From NCBI GenBank assembly GCA_023705985.1, contig BPTO01000001.1:13443-77442 (forward strand): DNA of 64,000 bases, in the 5' to 3' direction. The position numbers and the translations under genes are program-made. Under the pieces are notes generated by a model, which was given only the letters and a program-made list of their open reading frames with translations, had not been told where the DNA came from and ran no database searches. Source of the stretch: Candidatus Heimdallarchaeota archaeon (GTDB lineage: Archaea; Asgardarchaeota; Heimdallarchaeia; Heimdallarchaeales; Heimdallarchaeaceae). Each line of letters opens with the position of its first letter. The first letter of the stretch is position 1. Shown one piece after another: positions 1 to 10,077 of this stretch.

Positions 1-311
1 AACTGTTCAAGTCTGCATTTAACACCGACTCTCTCTCCAGTGGAGAGCAAATATCCGGATCTACTTATGTTGTCTGCTATTCTGCGACCAGTTCGTTGTG
101 CAACTAATCCCACATGACGACCATATATTAGATGCCATTCTTCTTTATCACTATTAAAGAATAAAATTCCATCTATACTGAGCTCTTCAAGTTTATTACT
201 AATTTCTTTTGAATCTTGTTCAAGTAATTCTTGAAATTTTGATTTGTCTTTAATTTCTTTAAATTCTCCTGCATTATGATTATATCCTAAGAAAATAATC
301 GGTGATGTCAT
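1..311 (-). CDS. conserved hypothetical small protein, N-terminal part only (gene continues past window edge); paralog of 3622..4029
   Basis: Manual minus-strand translation from ATG at 311: MTSPIIFLGYNHNAGEFKEIKD...GLVAQRTGRRIADNISRSGYLLSTGERVG. It shares the motifs FISY/FLGY, DGIL, GLVAQRT.RR.AD.ISRSG and SxGER with ORF 3622..4029. Confidence 0.5.
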   Translation of the reverse strand, partial: MTSPIIFLGYNHNAGEFKEIKDKSKFQELLEQDSKEISNKLEELSIDGILFFNSDKEEWHLIYGRHVGLVAQRTGRRIADNISRSGYLLSTGERVGVKCRLEQ

Positions 312-513
312 ATTTATAACCTTAAATAAACTAATTAATAGAAAATTAAATTTTTATTAAAAAAGTTATTCCCTTTAGGCAACGCGTAAAAAAATCTTTT
401 TAGGCACTCTTGAGTAGGTATTTACGCATTTCAAAGATATTTATAGCTATAGCGAAAAAATCCGTGATTTACAAGAAAAACCTAACTTTTGGTGTTTTTT
501 CATATAAAATATA

Positions 514-1320
514 TTAATTTCTAGCTGCTTTTACCTTGCAAAAGTAAAGATTCACAGATTTAAAATTTTTATACCCCAGTTTTTTATATAAAAAGAGCGC
601 AGAAAGATTGTCTTCTAAAACAAAAAGCGTAGCATATTCCTTTTTTCTAAGAATTTCTTCAGTAATGGCAGAAACAACTTTTATTCCGTATCCTTTTCTT
701 CTAAAATTGGGTAATACATAGATATTTCCTATCTGAGCCAATTTTGGAGTTTCAAAATGTGTTCCTCCACAAGCTATAATATTACTATTTGCTTCGATAT
801 AATGGTAATAACCACTTTCCAATTGAGAAGGGGTATAAGGAGCAGCTGAAATGAACCTATGAAAATAATTAATTTTCTCTAAATCTTTATCTTGATATTT
901 TTGAACCAATGCAATATCAGTTTCAGGTTGGAAGTCTTCCTTCTTTATGTACATACATAGCTCTCTACTTGTATCTACGATATCATAGAATTCACGCAAT
1001 ATATCTCCCTTTAAATCAAAGCTTGGTACCACAAATTTGTCTTTTATATGATTTTGCAGATATAATAGGATTTCTTTCAAGATTTTGTCTTTACATTTGT
1101 AAGGTATAACAATAGATGGACTAGAAAAACCCTCATAAATAGAGAAAAAATTTTCCATCTGTTGGTTACTGTCAAATACCCCAAATATTTTTGTCTCTTT
1201 ATTGCAAGGAGGATAGAGATCTCCTAGTAAAATCATGTTTTCAAAGTAGTTACAAGATGCAATATTAATGCATCTTGTAATAAGAGGATTGTTTTCTGAA
1301 TCTATGATTTCTATCATCAA
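514..1320 (-). CDS. GNAT-family N-acetyltransferase domain protein
   Basis: The C-terminal region (GNIYVLPNFRRKGYGIKVV...LFLYKKLGY) matches the acetyl-CoA binding motif R/Q-x-x-G-x-G/A of GNAT enzymes. The N-terminal half is unassigned and the true start may be internal. Confidence 0.5.
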   Translation of the reverse strand: MMIEIIDSENNPLITRCINIASCNYFENMILLGDLYPPCNKETKIFGVFDSNQQMENFFSIYEGFSSPSIVIPYKCKDKILKEILLYLQNHIKDKFVVPSFDLKGDILREFYDIVDTSRELCMYIKKEDFQPETDIALVQKYQDKDLEKINYFHRFISAAPYTPSQLESGYYHYIEANSNIIACGGTHFETPKLAQIGNIYVLPNFRRKGYGIKVVSAITEEILRKKEYATLFVLEDNLSALFLYKKLGYKNFKSVNLYFCKVKAARN

Positions 1321-1734
1321 AGATTTCTATTCTAATAACCTATATCACTTTTTTCAATTATTAATTAGTTTTAATTTTCAAACATTACTTTTGATATGCT
1401 TCCTTTGCCATCCTAAAATTAACATCGATAAGATCCGCAATATCATTTTCTTTAACACTGGCACTATTTTGTCTCTTACTATTGCTTTTTTTCTTACCCC
1501 AAAAATTAAACTTAAAGGTCATTGACCATCTTTTGTTTCAGACATTTATATAATCTTGTAAACATAACAGAAGGCCAAGAAAAGTTGTTAGGTGTCAAAA
1601 ACACCACACATATCTACCTTCTTATAAAACCCCCGTATTGAACCGACCACCACCAATTTGAACGATAACCCTTTTATATGTGCGTAAGAGAAGACTTTTT
1701 CGTCGGAAGTTTTACGATAAAATGTTGATGATCA

Positions 1735-2571
1735 ATGGCTGATTTTTCTAAACAACCTCACAAAAGCGTTAAAGAAAAAGTAATAAATAGCAGTGATGAA
1801 CACTGCCGTCAAATAATAGGCTATATTCGAGTTTCAACTGCAGACCAAGCTGGAGGAGTTGAAACCCAGAGAAAGTTCATTCTAGATAAGATTAAGGAAG
1901 TCGAAGAAAGGAACCCAAACATTACCTACTCAATTGTAGAATTCATTGTCGATGAGAGCGTTCCTGGAGACACAGACATAAACTCACGGAAAGGCTTTTC
2001 TCAGTTATTATCACTCATTCAACTTTACAAAGGGTCGGGAAAACCCATTAAAGAAGTATGGGTGCAAAATAGGGATAGAATTGCTCGTGACGTAGATTTA
2101 CTCGGCTTTGCTACTTACACTCTACGTAAATATGGATGTTATATACAAGATTGTAGTCAAGATATTTCTCCTCTAGAGCAAGACAATAATCGTGAAAAAC
2201 TTATCACTAGGATTTTTGATGCAATGTCAGAGCAGGAACTAATCAAATACAGAGAGAAAGCTAGATTGGGTAGAGAAAGACGTGTCCATTCGGGTAAAGC
2301 TATCACCCGACCACCATTGGGCTATAAAATCGACACTTCAACAAACTCGATTATTATAGACGAAGAAAAAGAATCAATAATTCGTGGAATATATGAAGCA
2401 TACTACAAAAAAAATGCACTACCATCACAAATAGCTAGTCATTACAATATTTCCAAAAGTACTGTTTACTACATCTTGAAGAATAAAATTTACTCCACGG
2501 GAGAGATTAGATATGGTAAATTCACTCAAAAGACAGAGCCAATTTGTCCTGAGTATAACGAGTACCATTAG
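1735..2571 (+). CDS. serine recombinase (resolvase/invertase family) with C-terminal HTH
   Basis: Catalytic-serine motif GYIRVSTADQ is present, with resolvase-like core DRIARDVDLL and a C-terminal HTH (SQIASHYNISKSTVYYILKNK). Confidence 0.8.
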   Translation: MADFSKQPHKSVKEKVINSSDEHCRQIIGYIRVSTADQAGGVETQRKFILDKIKEVEERNPNITYSIVEFIVDESVPGDTDINSRKGFSQLLSLIQLYKGSGKPIKEVWVQNRDRIARDVDLLGFATYTLRKYGCYIQDCSQDISPLEQDNNREKLITRIFDAMSEQELIKYREKARLGRERRVHSGKAITRPPLGYKIDTSTNSIIIDEEKESIIRGIYEAYYKKNALPSQIASHYNISKSTVYYILKNKIYSTGEIRYGKFTQKTEPICPEYNEYH

Positions 2572-3397
2572 TGTTTATTACATTATTTTCTTCTGTTTTG
2601 AACAATAAATCTATCTTTCCCTCTTGCTTTAGCTTTGCTTTGAATCTGTAAACTTTTCTCATCATTTGCTTTTTATTTTCTCTTGTTATCTCCTCTAAAA
2701 AACACCAAATCAAATCCTGATTCTTTTTTTCCTTAAAATAGCATTGAACAAGTAATCCTAACACCACAGATGCTGCTTTTGTTGGTTCCAATTTTGGAAT
2801 TGATTTAGTATGTATTAAAGAATATCCTGTTATTTCAATTTCTCGAAGTTTTTTGGTTAATTTTGGGTACAACCCAAATATATGACTAACAATTTGACAG
2901 AACTTATCCTTCAATTTCAATGTGTAACATAAAGACTTCACTCTCATAATATAACCCTCTTGAATAAGTTTCATTTGAATCTTCTTCATATGAGGGTAGC
3001 TGAAGGTTTTTCCATAGCTTAACCCAGTCACATTCGATCTCAGCAGATTGAAGTGGGTTTGTGTAAGTTTTTCATAGATTAACCCAAGCAAATTATCTAA
3101 AATGGCGAGAAAATATACTACAATTTGGTTTCTAGTGAAGAATTTGTTTTCGCTTAACTTATCTGTCACTAACCTTAGTTGTATGCTTTCGAGTTGTGCC
3201 ACGGCTTGGACTAGTATTTCTACAGGAATATGATCCCGTAAAATCACAAGCATTTCGTCAATACATACTTGAAAACGTTCTTCTTGTTTTTCCAAAGTTT
3301 GTTGGTACTTAGAGTAAAGCTGTTTTCTATAGTCGATTAAAGGGTGAGCTAAACCTTCTCTCACTTCTTCAAGCTCTTCCCCTGTTATATCAACCAT
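2522..3397 (-). CDS. hypothetical protein, convergent with and overlapping the 3' end of the recombinase gene
   Basis: Long ORF of 291 aa with no recognisable motif. Confidence 0.4.
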   Translation of the reverse strand: MVDITGEELEEVREGLAHPLIDYRKQLYSKYQQTLEKQEERFQVCIDEMLVILRDHIPVEILVQAVAQLESIQLRLVTDKLSENKFFTRNQIVVYFLAILDNLLGLIYEKLTQTHFNLLRSNVTGLSYGKTFSYPHMKKIQMKLIQEGYIMRVKSLCYTLKLKDKFCQIVSHIFGLYPKLTKKLREIEITGYSLIHTKSIPKLEPTKAASVVLGLLVQCYFKEKKNQDLIWCFLEEITRENKKQMMRKVYRFKAKLKQEGKIDLLFKTEENNVINTNGTRYTQDKLALSFE

Positions 3398-3621
3398 ACA
3401 TTAATTCCTCATAAGAGTGATTCGTAATTTCATTTAAATAGTGGAGAAATTATAAAATACTTTTAACATGAGTGAACTAGCTATTAATAAAATAAAGTTC
3501 TCCTACATCTGGTTCTTATCCCATTTTAAACATTTTTAGCAAAAAAGGATCATAATAAAAACATAAAAAAAATAGGTGGTTTCAACCACAATAGTATGAT
3601 TTAGTTGTTTGAGTATTAAGT

Positions 3622-4029
3622 TCAGTTTTGTCTTGAATCTCCATGAAATCCACTAAGATCCGTACTAATGTATTTTTGCTGAACAGATTTACTCAAATCT
3701 CCAATATTATCTGCTGAAAGTTGCTCTAGAGGATCCCCTCTACCTATTCTTTCCCCTGAAGAGAGCATGAATCCAGATCTACTAATAGTATCAGCTTGTC
3801 TTCTTGCTGTTCTTTGTGCAACTAGACCTAGATGTTTTGCAAAAATAAGATTCCAACGACTGTTTTGTCTACTGAAAATTAAAATACCATCCATTCCCAA
3901 TGCATCTAACTTTGCTCCAATTTCTGTTATGTCGCTTTGAAGAATCTTTTCAAATTTCGTGGAATCGCGCATTTCTTTGAATTTCATAATATCATGATCA
4001 TAAGAGATGAAGACCTTCGAAGAAGTCAT
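3622..4029 (-). CDS. conserved hypothetical small protein (paralog of 1..311)
   Basis: 135 aa beginning MTSSKVFISYDHD, followed by GLVAQRTARRQADTISRSGFMLSSGERIG. It lies immediately downstream of the large membrane protein gene. Confidence 0.5.
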   Translation of the reverse strand: MTSSKVFISYDHDIMKFKEMRDSTKFEKILQSDITEIGAKLDALGMDGILIFSRQNSRWNLIFAKHLGLVAQRTARRQADTISRSGFMLSSGERIGRGDPLEQLSADNIGDLSKSVQQKYISTDLSGFHGDSRQN

Positions 4030-4125
4030 GTAAAATACCTCTATCGATAACTATGGTAAATAGTAAAAAAGTTATCTTATCTAGGCAAAAACGATTTTTA
4101 TAAGAAGAAAAAGAAAAAAAGCGCG

Positions 4126-6381
4126 CTATTGCGCAGCTACGTCTTCTAAATCGATATTTATTTTGTCTAATGCTTCCATAATATTGTTAACACTTGTTTC
4201 TACTGTAGAGGCTGCTGATCCAGGATCGCCTGCCCAATCTATACCTAAAATAGTATCGATTTCTGTATTCACAGTTTCCAATCCCGTATTTATGACTCGT
4301 AAAGCAGCGATTGTTGCATCTAGTTGAATCATTCCACCAAGAGATTGTGCATGTTCCATCCAAATAATAGATTCATTAATGTGATCTCTGGCTTCAGAAA
4401 GAGAACTATTGGCATCGGTGAATTTTATTAGAGCATCAGTGTAGTTCGCATCACCAAAATCTACAAAAGCAGCTGTAACGTTGTTATACGTGTAACGTAA
4501 TGCTTCCATTGCGTAGAAAAGATGAAGGAAGGAATGTGCAATGGCATTAGCATTACCAACATTGGTTGTAAAATCAAATTGGTTCAACAAATCACTAAAT
4601 TGTAGAGCTGGGTCACTCATTACCCCATATTCTTGATTTGTTGCTTTATTATGTACAATAGATACATTTGCATCAACCAATGCAGCTGTTATAACGAGGT
4701 CATCAGTTATTGAGACTAAATCATCTACTTGACCTATTAAGGCAGGATACGTAATAACGTTTTCATACCCAATATCAAGATTGTCTAATATGCCATCTAA
4801 GCTCTCAAAAGCTTGTGCTACACCAGTTCCAAATTGACAAAGTGATACAGATAAACCTGTTATATCAACTACAAAACTCACGGTTACATTTAGTATAGGA
4901 GTATCAGAATTAGCAACAGCTAGAACATCAGCTGTATTTAATTGACTATAGACCAAAGTAAAGTTATCAGTGGCTTCAGAGAAGTATTGAGATGTTCCAT
5001 TAAAAGCAGAGATATCTCCTATTAAATTTCCAACTTTGAACAAATTATAGGCTCCGTATAGGAAGTGTGTGAATGTTGCAAAGTTTCCACCCTCAGGTTT
5101 TGTGAATAGAGCTTTCAGAACTGTTATTGCTCCTTGACCGAACGTTGACAGATAACCATCTACCATATCAAGGCTTCCTTCAATTTCTTCTGAAGCTATA
5201 CCCATATCTTGAAGAGCAGCATATACTTCAGCAAGATTGATATTTTCCGTTTCTGCAAACGCTGTTTCAAGAGCTCCTATAGAATCACCTAAGGTAAGAA
5301 TCCCTTGATCAATCTTTAGAATTGCTTGCTCAAATAGAGCGTCATTAATGTCTTCGAATCCTTGAGTTCTAATTCCTTCTGGCGATGTAGGTGAAATTGG
5401 TGTTCCCCCAAGAGCGGACATGGCATCATCTAATCCATCCATTACTTGAAATGTTCCATTAACAAATGGACCTAATGCCCCTGCCAACTCCAAGGTAGCG
5501 GACGCCATATAATATAGATTGTCCGTGAGCACCCGCAGACTCTCCCCATAGTACGGAATAAGACTAGCTATAGCAAAGACACCCATCGTTTTTAATCCTT
5601 GAAGACTTTCAGCACTTTCCTGGAAGTATTCAGATGCAAGGTAAAATTTAGCTATAGCTTCATCTATTTCAGCTTGAGATGCAGTATCAAGTTCAGCAAA
5701 TATCATAGCTCCTTCCTGCACATAGAGAGCACCAGGAATAAAGTTGGATCCTAAATCTACGACACCCGCCACCATCAACTGCGCATATGGGAATATTATT
5801 AATCCAATTATCAAGAAAACAACTGCGAATAGTGAAGAGAATATTGTGAGTATTTTAGGTTTCTCTGTAAATATTTGCACAAGCCAAACAAGTGCTATCG
5901 TACCAAATATGAAAAGGGGCAAAGCCATAACCAAATCAATAAGAAAAGCATATTGACTGTACTTTTCAACTGTTTCTATATCGACAGGAAGACTATCGTT
6001 TCCTATAACTTGACCAACACCTTCAAAGGCGTCAAGAACAAGCTCTGTACGCTCAGAAATGGGGGCAAAGGGATTGTAAACAGGAACATTGGGTATCACA
6101 TAATGGAATAAATAACCACCACCAAAAACTATGATGAGAAGCAGAGGTATGGTAGCTGCAGCCTTTTTCTTACTACGAACAAGTGTAGCAAAAATTACTA
6201 AACCCAATATTCCTAGCAGATAGGCAATAACGGCTCCAACCACGCTTTCACGAGGTTTAAGCGTTGCTTCGAGTAGAAACATTAATCCAATGAAATAAAC
6301 AATAAAAAATCCTGTTCCGATAAGCCAGAAACTCCATTTTTTTTTCGGAGCGTCAATTGGTTCAAATTCTTCTTTACTCAT
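4126..6381 (-). CDS. multi-pass membrane protein with large extracytoplasmic N-glycosylation-sequon-rich domain; paralog of 24454..26994
   Basis: The N-terminal region has four predicted TM helices. Blocks YNPFAPISERT, LIDxVxAxPxFIF and THFLYG.YNL are shared with the 846-aa paralog, and there are many NxS/T sequons. Confidence 0.7.
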   Translation of the reverse strand: MSKEEFEPIDAPKKKWSFWLIGTGFFIVYFIGLMFLLEATLKPRESVVGAVIAYLLGILGLVIFATLVRSKKKAAATIPLLLIIVFGGGYLFHYVIPNVPVYNPFAPISERTELVLDAFEGVGQVIGNDSLPVDIETVEKYSQYAFLIDLVMALPLFIFGTIALVWLVQIFTEKPKILTIFSSLFAVVFLIIGLIIFPYAQLMVAGVVDLGSNFIPGALYVQEGAMIFAELDTASQAEIDEAIAKFYLASEYFQESAESLQGLKTMGVFAIASLIPYYGESLRVLTDNLYYMASATLELAGALGPFVNGTFQVMDGLDDAMSALGGTPISPTSPEGIRTQGFEDINDALFEQAILKIDQGILTLGDSIGALETAFAETENINLAEVYAALQDMGIASEEIEGSLDMVDGYLSTFGQGAITVLKALFTKPEGGNFATFTHFLYGAYNLFKVGNLIGDISAFNGTSQYFSEATDNFTLVYSQLNTADVLAVANSDTPILNVTVSFVVDITGLSVSLCQFGTGVAQAFESLDGILDNLDIGYENVITYPALIGQVDDLVSITDDLVITAALVDANVSIVHNKATNQEYGVMSDPALQFSDLLNQFDFTTNVGNANAIAHSFLHLFYAMEALRYTYNNVTAAFVDFGDANYTDALIKFTDANSSLSEARDHINESIIWMEHAQSLGGMIQLDATIAALRVINTGLETVNTEIDTILGIDWAGDPGSAASTVETSVNNIMEALDKINIDLEDVAAQ

Positions 6382-6668
6382 AAAATCATCTTTATTGTTG
6401 TTATCTCCTTATAGACATAGAAACTATTTATAGCTGTCGAAACTAAAAGACTAAGCAGAGGTTTTATGTACAAGTAAAGGCGCTATAAGATGAGATATTC
6501 ACAGTCTATTCAATTTTACATAAGTGTCTACTGGCTGGAGTAAAGCACGATTGTATTAGTTTTAATTTTTCTTCTATTTGGGATAGTATTTCCTCTTCAA
6601 CCCATCTATCTCTACATCGACAAACTTAAAATTTACAATCTATTCGCTGGAATTAGGGATAGAAAGAT

Positions 6669-8786
6669 ATGTTAACTAAGCTAGACAAGCTTCTTCGTCC
6701 GAGTAGTGTAGCAATTATTGGAGCCAGTTCCAACGAAAAAAAAGTCGGTTATGCCGCTTTAAGAAATATGAAGGATTGTGGATTCAAGGGAAAACTTTTT
6801 GCAGTTAATCCAAAAGCTGAAAAATACGGTTTTGAGTTACTAGGCATTAAGTGTTACACTACAATTAGTGAAATCCCCGACCAGGTTGATCTTGCAGTTG
6901 TTTGTATTCCCGCAAGATTCATTCCATCATTAATAGAAGAAATAGGAAAAAAAGGCATACCTTACGTTGCTGTCATTACTGCTGGATTTAAAGAAACAGG
7001 TTCTGAAGGAGCAAAAATGGAACGTCAAATCGTTGACATAGCTAGAAAATATAATATACGAATAGTTGGCCCTAATATTTTAGGAATCATTGATACAATT
7101 ACACCAATTAACGCTAGTTTCGCTGATCAAACCCCAATCAAAGGCAATATAGCTTTTTTATCACAAAGTGGTGCATTATTAACTGGAATTTTGGATTGGA
7201 GTAGAGCTGAAGGGATAGGATTTTCAAGTTTTATTTCAATTGGTAATAAAGCAGATCTCGATGAAACTGATTTTATTGATGCATTAGCTGATGATGACCA
7301 CACATACGCAATTTTAGCTTATTTAGAGAGCATTAACAGAGGCGAAAAATTTATTGAGGTTTGTAAGAAAGTTACTCGCAAGAAACCAGTTTTAGTTCTT
7401 AAATCAGGCAGATCAAAAGCTGGTGCAAAAGCAGCTTCAAGCCATACAGGAAGTATGGCTGGTGCTGATACTTCTTATAATGTAGCTTTTGAAAAATGTG
7501 GAGTAATCCGCGCAGATTCAGCACAAGAGCTTTTTGATATGGCTTTTGTTTTCAGCTGTATGCCCATACCACAAGGTAATCGATTTGTTATTATTACTAA
7601 TGCAGGTGGACCTGGCATTCTTGCAACTGATGCTGCTGAAAAAGCAGGATTAGAGTTGGTCACAATATCAGAAAATCTTGAGAATAAACTTCGCGAATTC
7701 CTACCCGCAGCATCAAGTTTTGGCAATCCCATAGATGCGCTTGGAACTGCTCAAGCTGAGGATTATGAGAAAATCATAGAAATCGCATTTAAAGAGGAAA
7801 ATATTGATGGTGTAATCGTAATCCTAACACCTCAAGCAATGACAGAAGGGCAAGAAACAGCAGAAAAAATAGTTGAATTACATGATAAATACCCTGAAAA
7901 GCCCATTATTGCCATTTTCATTGGTGGGGAAGAGTTAGGACCTCCAATACACTATCTAAAAAGACACAGAATCCCTTGCTTTCCGTTACCAGAGAGAGGT
8001 GTAGAAGCTATGGGGGCCCTTGCTCATTATTCATCGATAAAAAATAGACCAATTGAAGAAGAAATTAAAGACGTTGATGCTAATAGAGAAAAAGTTAGAC
8101 AAATTTTTGACAATGTAAAAAAAGAGGGTAGAACAACATTATTAGGAACTGAGGCTAAAAATGTTGTTAAAGCTTATGGCATTAATGTCCCTCCAACAAA
8201 ACTTGCCCACTCTGCAGATGAAGCAGCTGAATTCGTAGAAGAAGTTGGGTTTCCAACAGTTATTAAAATTACGGGTGAAGGAATATTGCACAAAAGCGAT
8301 ATTGGTGGAGTTAAACTCATGATTAAGAGTAAAGATGAAGCTAGAAAAGCTTTTGAGGAAATCATGGAAAACACTAAGAAACACTATCCTGATGCCAAAG
8401 AACTTGTAGAAGTACAGTATATGGTACCTTTGGGGAGAGAACTAATTACTGGTGTGTTACAAGATCCGCAGTTTGGTCCAATGGTAATGATAGGTCTTGG
8501 AGGTATTTACACGAATTTCATGAAAGATGCTGCTTTCGGTCTTGCCCCAATAACTTTTGAAGGAGCAAGAAAAGTCCTACAACAAACGAAAACATACATA
8601 CTATTGAAAGGTGTCAGAGGGGAAGCACCATCAGACATAGATGCTGTTCTAGATACTTTAGTAAAAATTTCTCACCTTGCAGAAGACTTTCGACAAGACA
8701 TAGATGAAATGGATATTAATCCCTTCTTTGTTTATGAGGAAGGTAAAGGTATCTCAGCCGTAGATGTAAAAATAACTCTGAAATAA
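6669..8786 (+). CDS. acetyl-CoA synthetase (ADP-forming), fused alpha/beta subunits
   Basis: The N-terminal CoA-binding domain (VAIIGAS...KVGY) is followed by a succinyl-CoA-synthetase-like flavodoxin domain and a C-terminal ATP-grasp domain, matching the fused ADP-forming acetyl-CoA synthetase (NDP-forming acyl-CoA synthetase) architecture at 705 aa. Confidence 0.85.
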   Translation: MLTKLDKLLRPSSVAIIGASSNEKKVGYAALRNMKDCGFKGKLFAVNPKAEKYGFELLGIKCYTTISEIPDQVDLAVVCIPARFIPSLIEEIGKKGIPYVAVITAGFKETGSEGAKMERQIVDIARKYNIRIVGPNILGIIDTITPINASFADQTPIKGNIAFLSQSGALLTGILDWSRAEGIGFSSFISIGNKADLDETDFIDALADDDHTYAILAYLESINRGEKFIEVCKKVTRKKPVLVLKSGRSKAGAKAASSHTGSMAGADTSYNVAFEKCGVIRADSAQELFDMAFVFSCMPIPQGNRFVIITNAGGPGILATDAAEKAGLELVTISENLENKLREFLPAASSFGNPIDALGTAQAEDYEKIIEIAFKEENIDGVIVILTPQAMTEGQETAEKIVELHDKYPEKPIIAIFIGGEELGPPIHYLKRHRIPCFPLPERGVEAMGALAHYSSIKNRPIEEEIKDVDANREKVRQIFDNVKKEGRTTLLGTEAKNVVKAYGINVPPTKLAHSADEAAEFVEEVGFPTVIKITGEGILHKSDIGGVKLMIKSKDEARKAFEEIMENTKKHYPDAKELVEVQYMVPLGRELITGVLQDPQFGPMVMIGLGGIYTNFMKDAAFGLAPITFEGARKVLQQTKTYILLKGVRGEAPSDIDAVLDTLVKISHLAEDFRQDIDEMDINPFFVYEEGKGISAVDVKITLK

Positions 8787-8798
8787 AAACAATCAATC

Positions 8799-10064
8799 TT
8801 AAGGTAATAGTAATTTACCGTAAATTCCTCCTCCTCCCGCATTTATTTCTAGTTGATTCGTTCTCATTTTGTCTATTATTTCTCCAACTACTTTGTTTTC
8901 TTTTTTTATTGTTTCAATTGGAGTTGTTGTTAAAATCGTAATTTCATTATCAACATTTGAGGTTAAATTATTGTATTCCTTCAATACTGTTTTAGTATTT
9001 GTTCCTTTAATTCCAAGTATAGTTGCAATTATTTCTACCAAGGGTACAATATTGATGTATTCAACTCGTTGCTTATTTCGCTCTTTTGTGGTTGCTAGTG
9101 ATTTTATTCTATTATTCACACCTGATTTAATTAGACCTCTGCACACTGGACAGCGAGCATTCTTTTCAATGACAGACTTAATTATAATATGCCCTTCAGT
9201 TTTTTCAAAATAGATGTTTTTCTCATCATGTGGTGCTTTTATATTTTCTACAAATTTTACTCTTCTTCTACATTTGAAACAAAATGAACTATAGTATTTA
9301 CCTAATCTAGGATCTAAACCTATATTTTTTTCTATTTTTCTCCCCTTAATATTCTTTATGGCAAACCTTATTTCATCAAAAGTTATTGTGTTTAAATTTA
9401 TTAAATTGCATTCTCTACCAATTTTTGAAGGATGGGGAGAGTGGCTATCCGAGTTTGTTAAAAATGTATATTTCCATAATTCTTTGATATAATCAGCCAT
9501 ATTACTATTTGCAGACAAACCTAGTTCTATAAAATCAATTTTTGTGCTTTGGTTTAAATAACTCCCACTTAATTTTCTATATCTATTCGAGCGAAATATG
9601 GATTTAAATGGTGTAAACGCATGTGCTGGGCCAATAAGACCATTATACCTATGAACAATTTCTACTAATTCGTTTCCTTTTAGTGGAATAATGGGTCGAC
9701 CACCATATTGTTTTATTGTCTTTTCCATATATTTCTCTAATTCAGAAGCTAAATCTTCACCAGAACTAATACTGGGTAGAAGCAACAAATGGTGTATCCC
9801 TTCATTATCTTCAACTTCACCAGTAGGAACAAAAAACAGATTATCATCCTTTTTGTATGTATAAACACCCTCATCTTCTTCTACAAGGTGGTTTTTCAGA
9901 TATTTTCGCCAACGAGAATCTAAAATATCCCCTGTTCCTAAAATCTTTAAACCTGCTCTTTTACTACTTTCGACTAGATTAGGAAGTAACATCGCTTTTG
10001 AAGTTGCTCTACTATATGGGCTGTGAATGTGGAAGTCGGTATAGAAAGAAAGCAATATTCTCAT
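8799..10064 (-). CDS. PHP-domain phosphoesterase with C-terminal zinc-ribbon motifs
   Basis: The DFHIHSPYSRAT PHP histidine motif sits near the N-terminus, and two CxxC pairs (CFKCRRR, CPVCRGL) lie in the C-terminal half. Start set at internal MRILLSF (ATG at 10064), which leaves a 14-nt gap to the upstream gene. Confidence 0.6.
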   Translation of the reverse strand: MRILLSFYTDFHIHSPYSRATSKAMLLPNLVESSKRAGLKILGTGDILDSRWRKYLKNHLVEEDEGVYTYKKDDNLFFVPTGEVEDNEGIHHLLLLPSISSGEDLASELEKYMEKTIKQYGGRPIIPLKGNELVEIVHRYNGLIGPAHAFTPFKSIFRSNRYRKLSGSYLNQSTKIDFIELGLSANSNMADYIKELWKYTFLTNSDSHSPHPSKIGRECNLINLNTITFDEIRFAIKNIKGRKIEKNIGLDPRLGKYYSSFCFKCRRRVKFVENIKAPHDEKNIYFEKTEGHIIIKSVIEKNARCPVCRGLIKSGVNNRIKSLATTKERNKQRVEYINIVPLVEIIATILGIKGTNTKTVLKEYNNLTSNVDNEITILTTTPIETIKKENKVVGEIIDKMRTNQLEINAGGGGIYGKLLLP

Positions 10065-10077
10065 TCCTCTTTTATAC

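Noticed and set aside
3540-3600. GTGGTTTCAACCAC near-palindrome between the unknown gene and the small paralog
   Set aside because: The stem is short with a 2-4 nt loop and is not repeated elsewhere. It is not convincing as a recombinase site.
5744-6111. ORFs 5744..5956 and 5875..6111 (+), 7475..7732 (-), 8142..8384 (-), 8869..9213 (+), 12026..12294, 13129..13419, 13924..14133, 14448..14672, 30110..31106, 26268..26848
   Set aside because: They are short antisense or out-of-frame ORFs embedded in longer, motif-supported genes.
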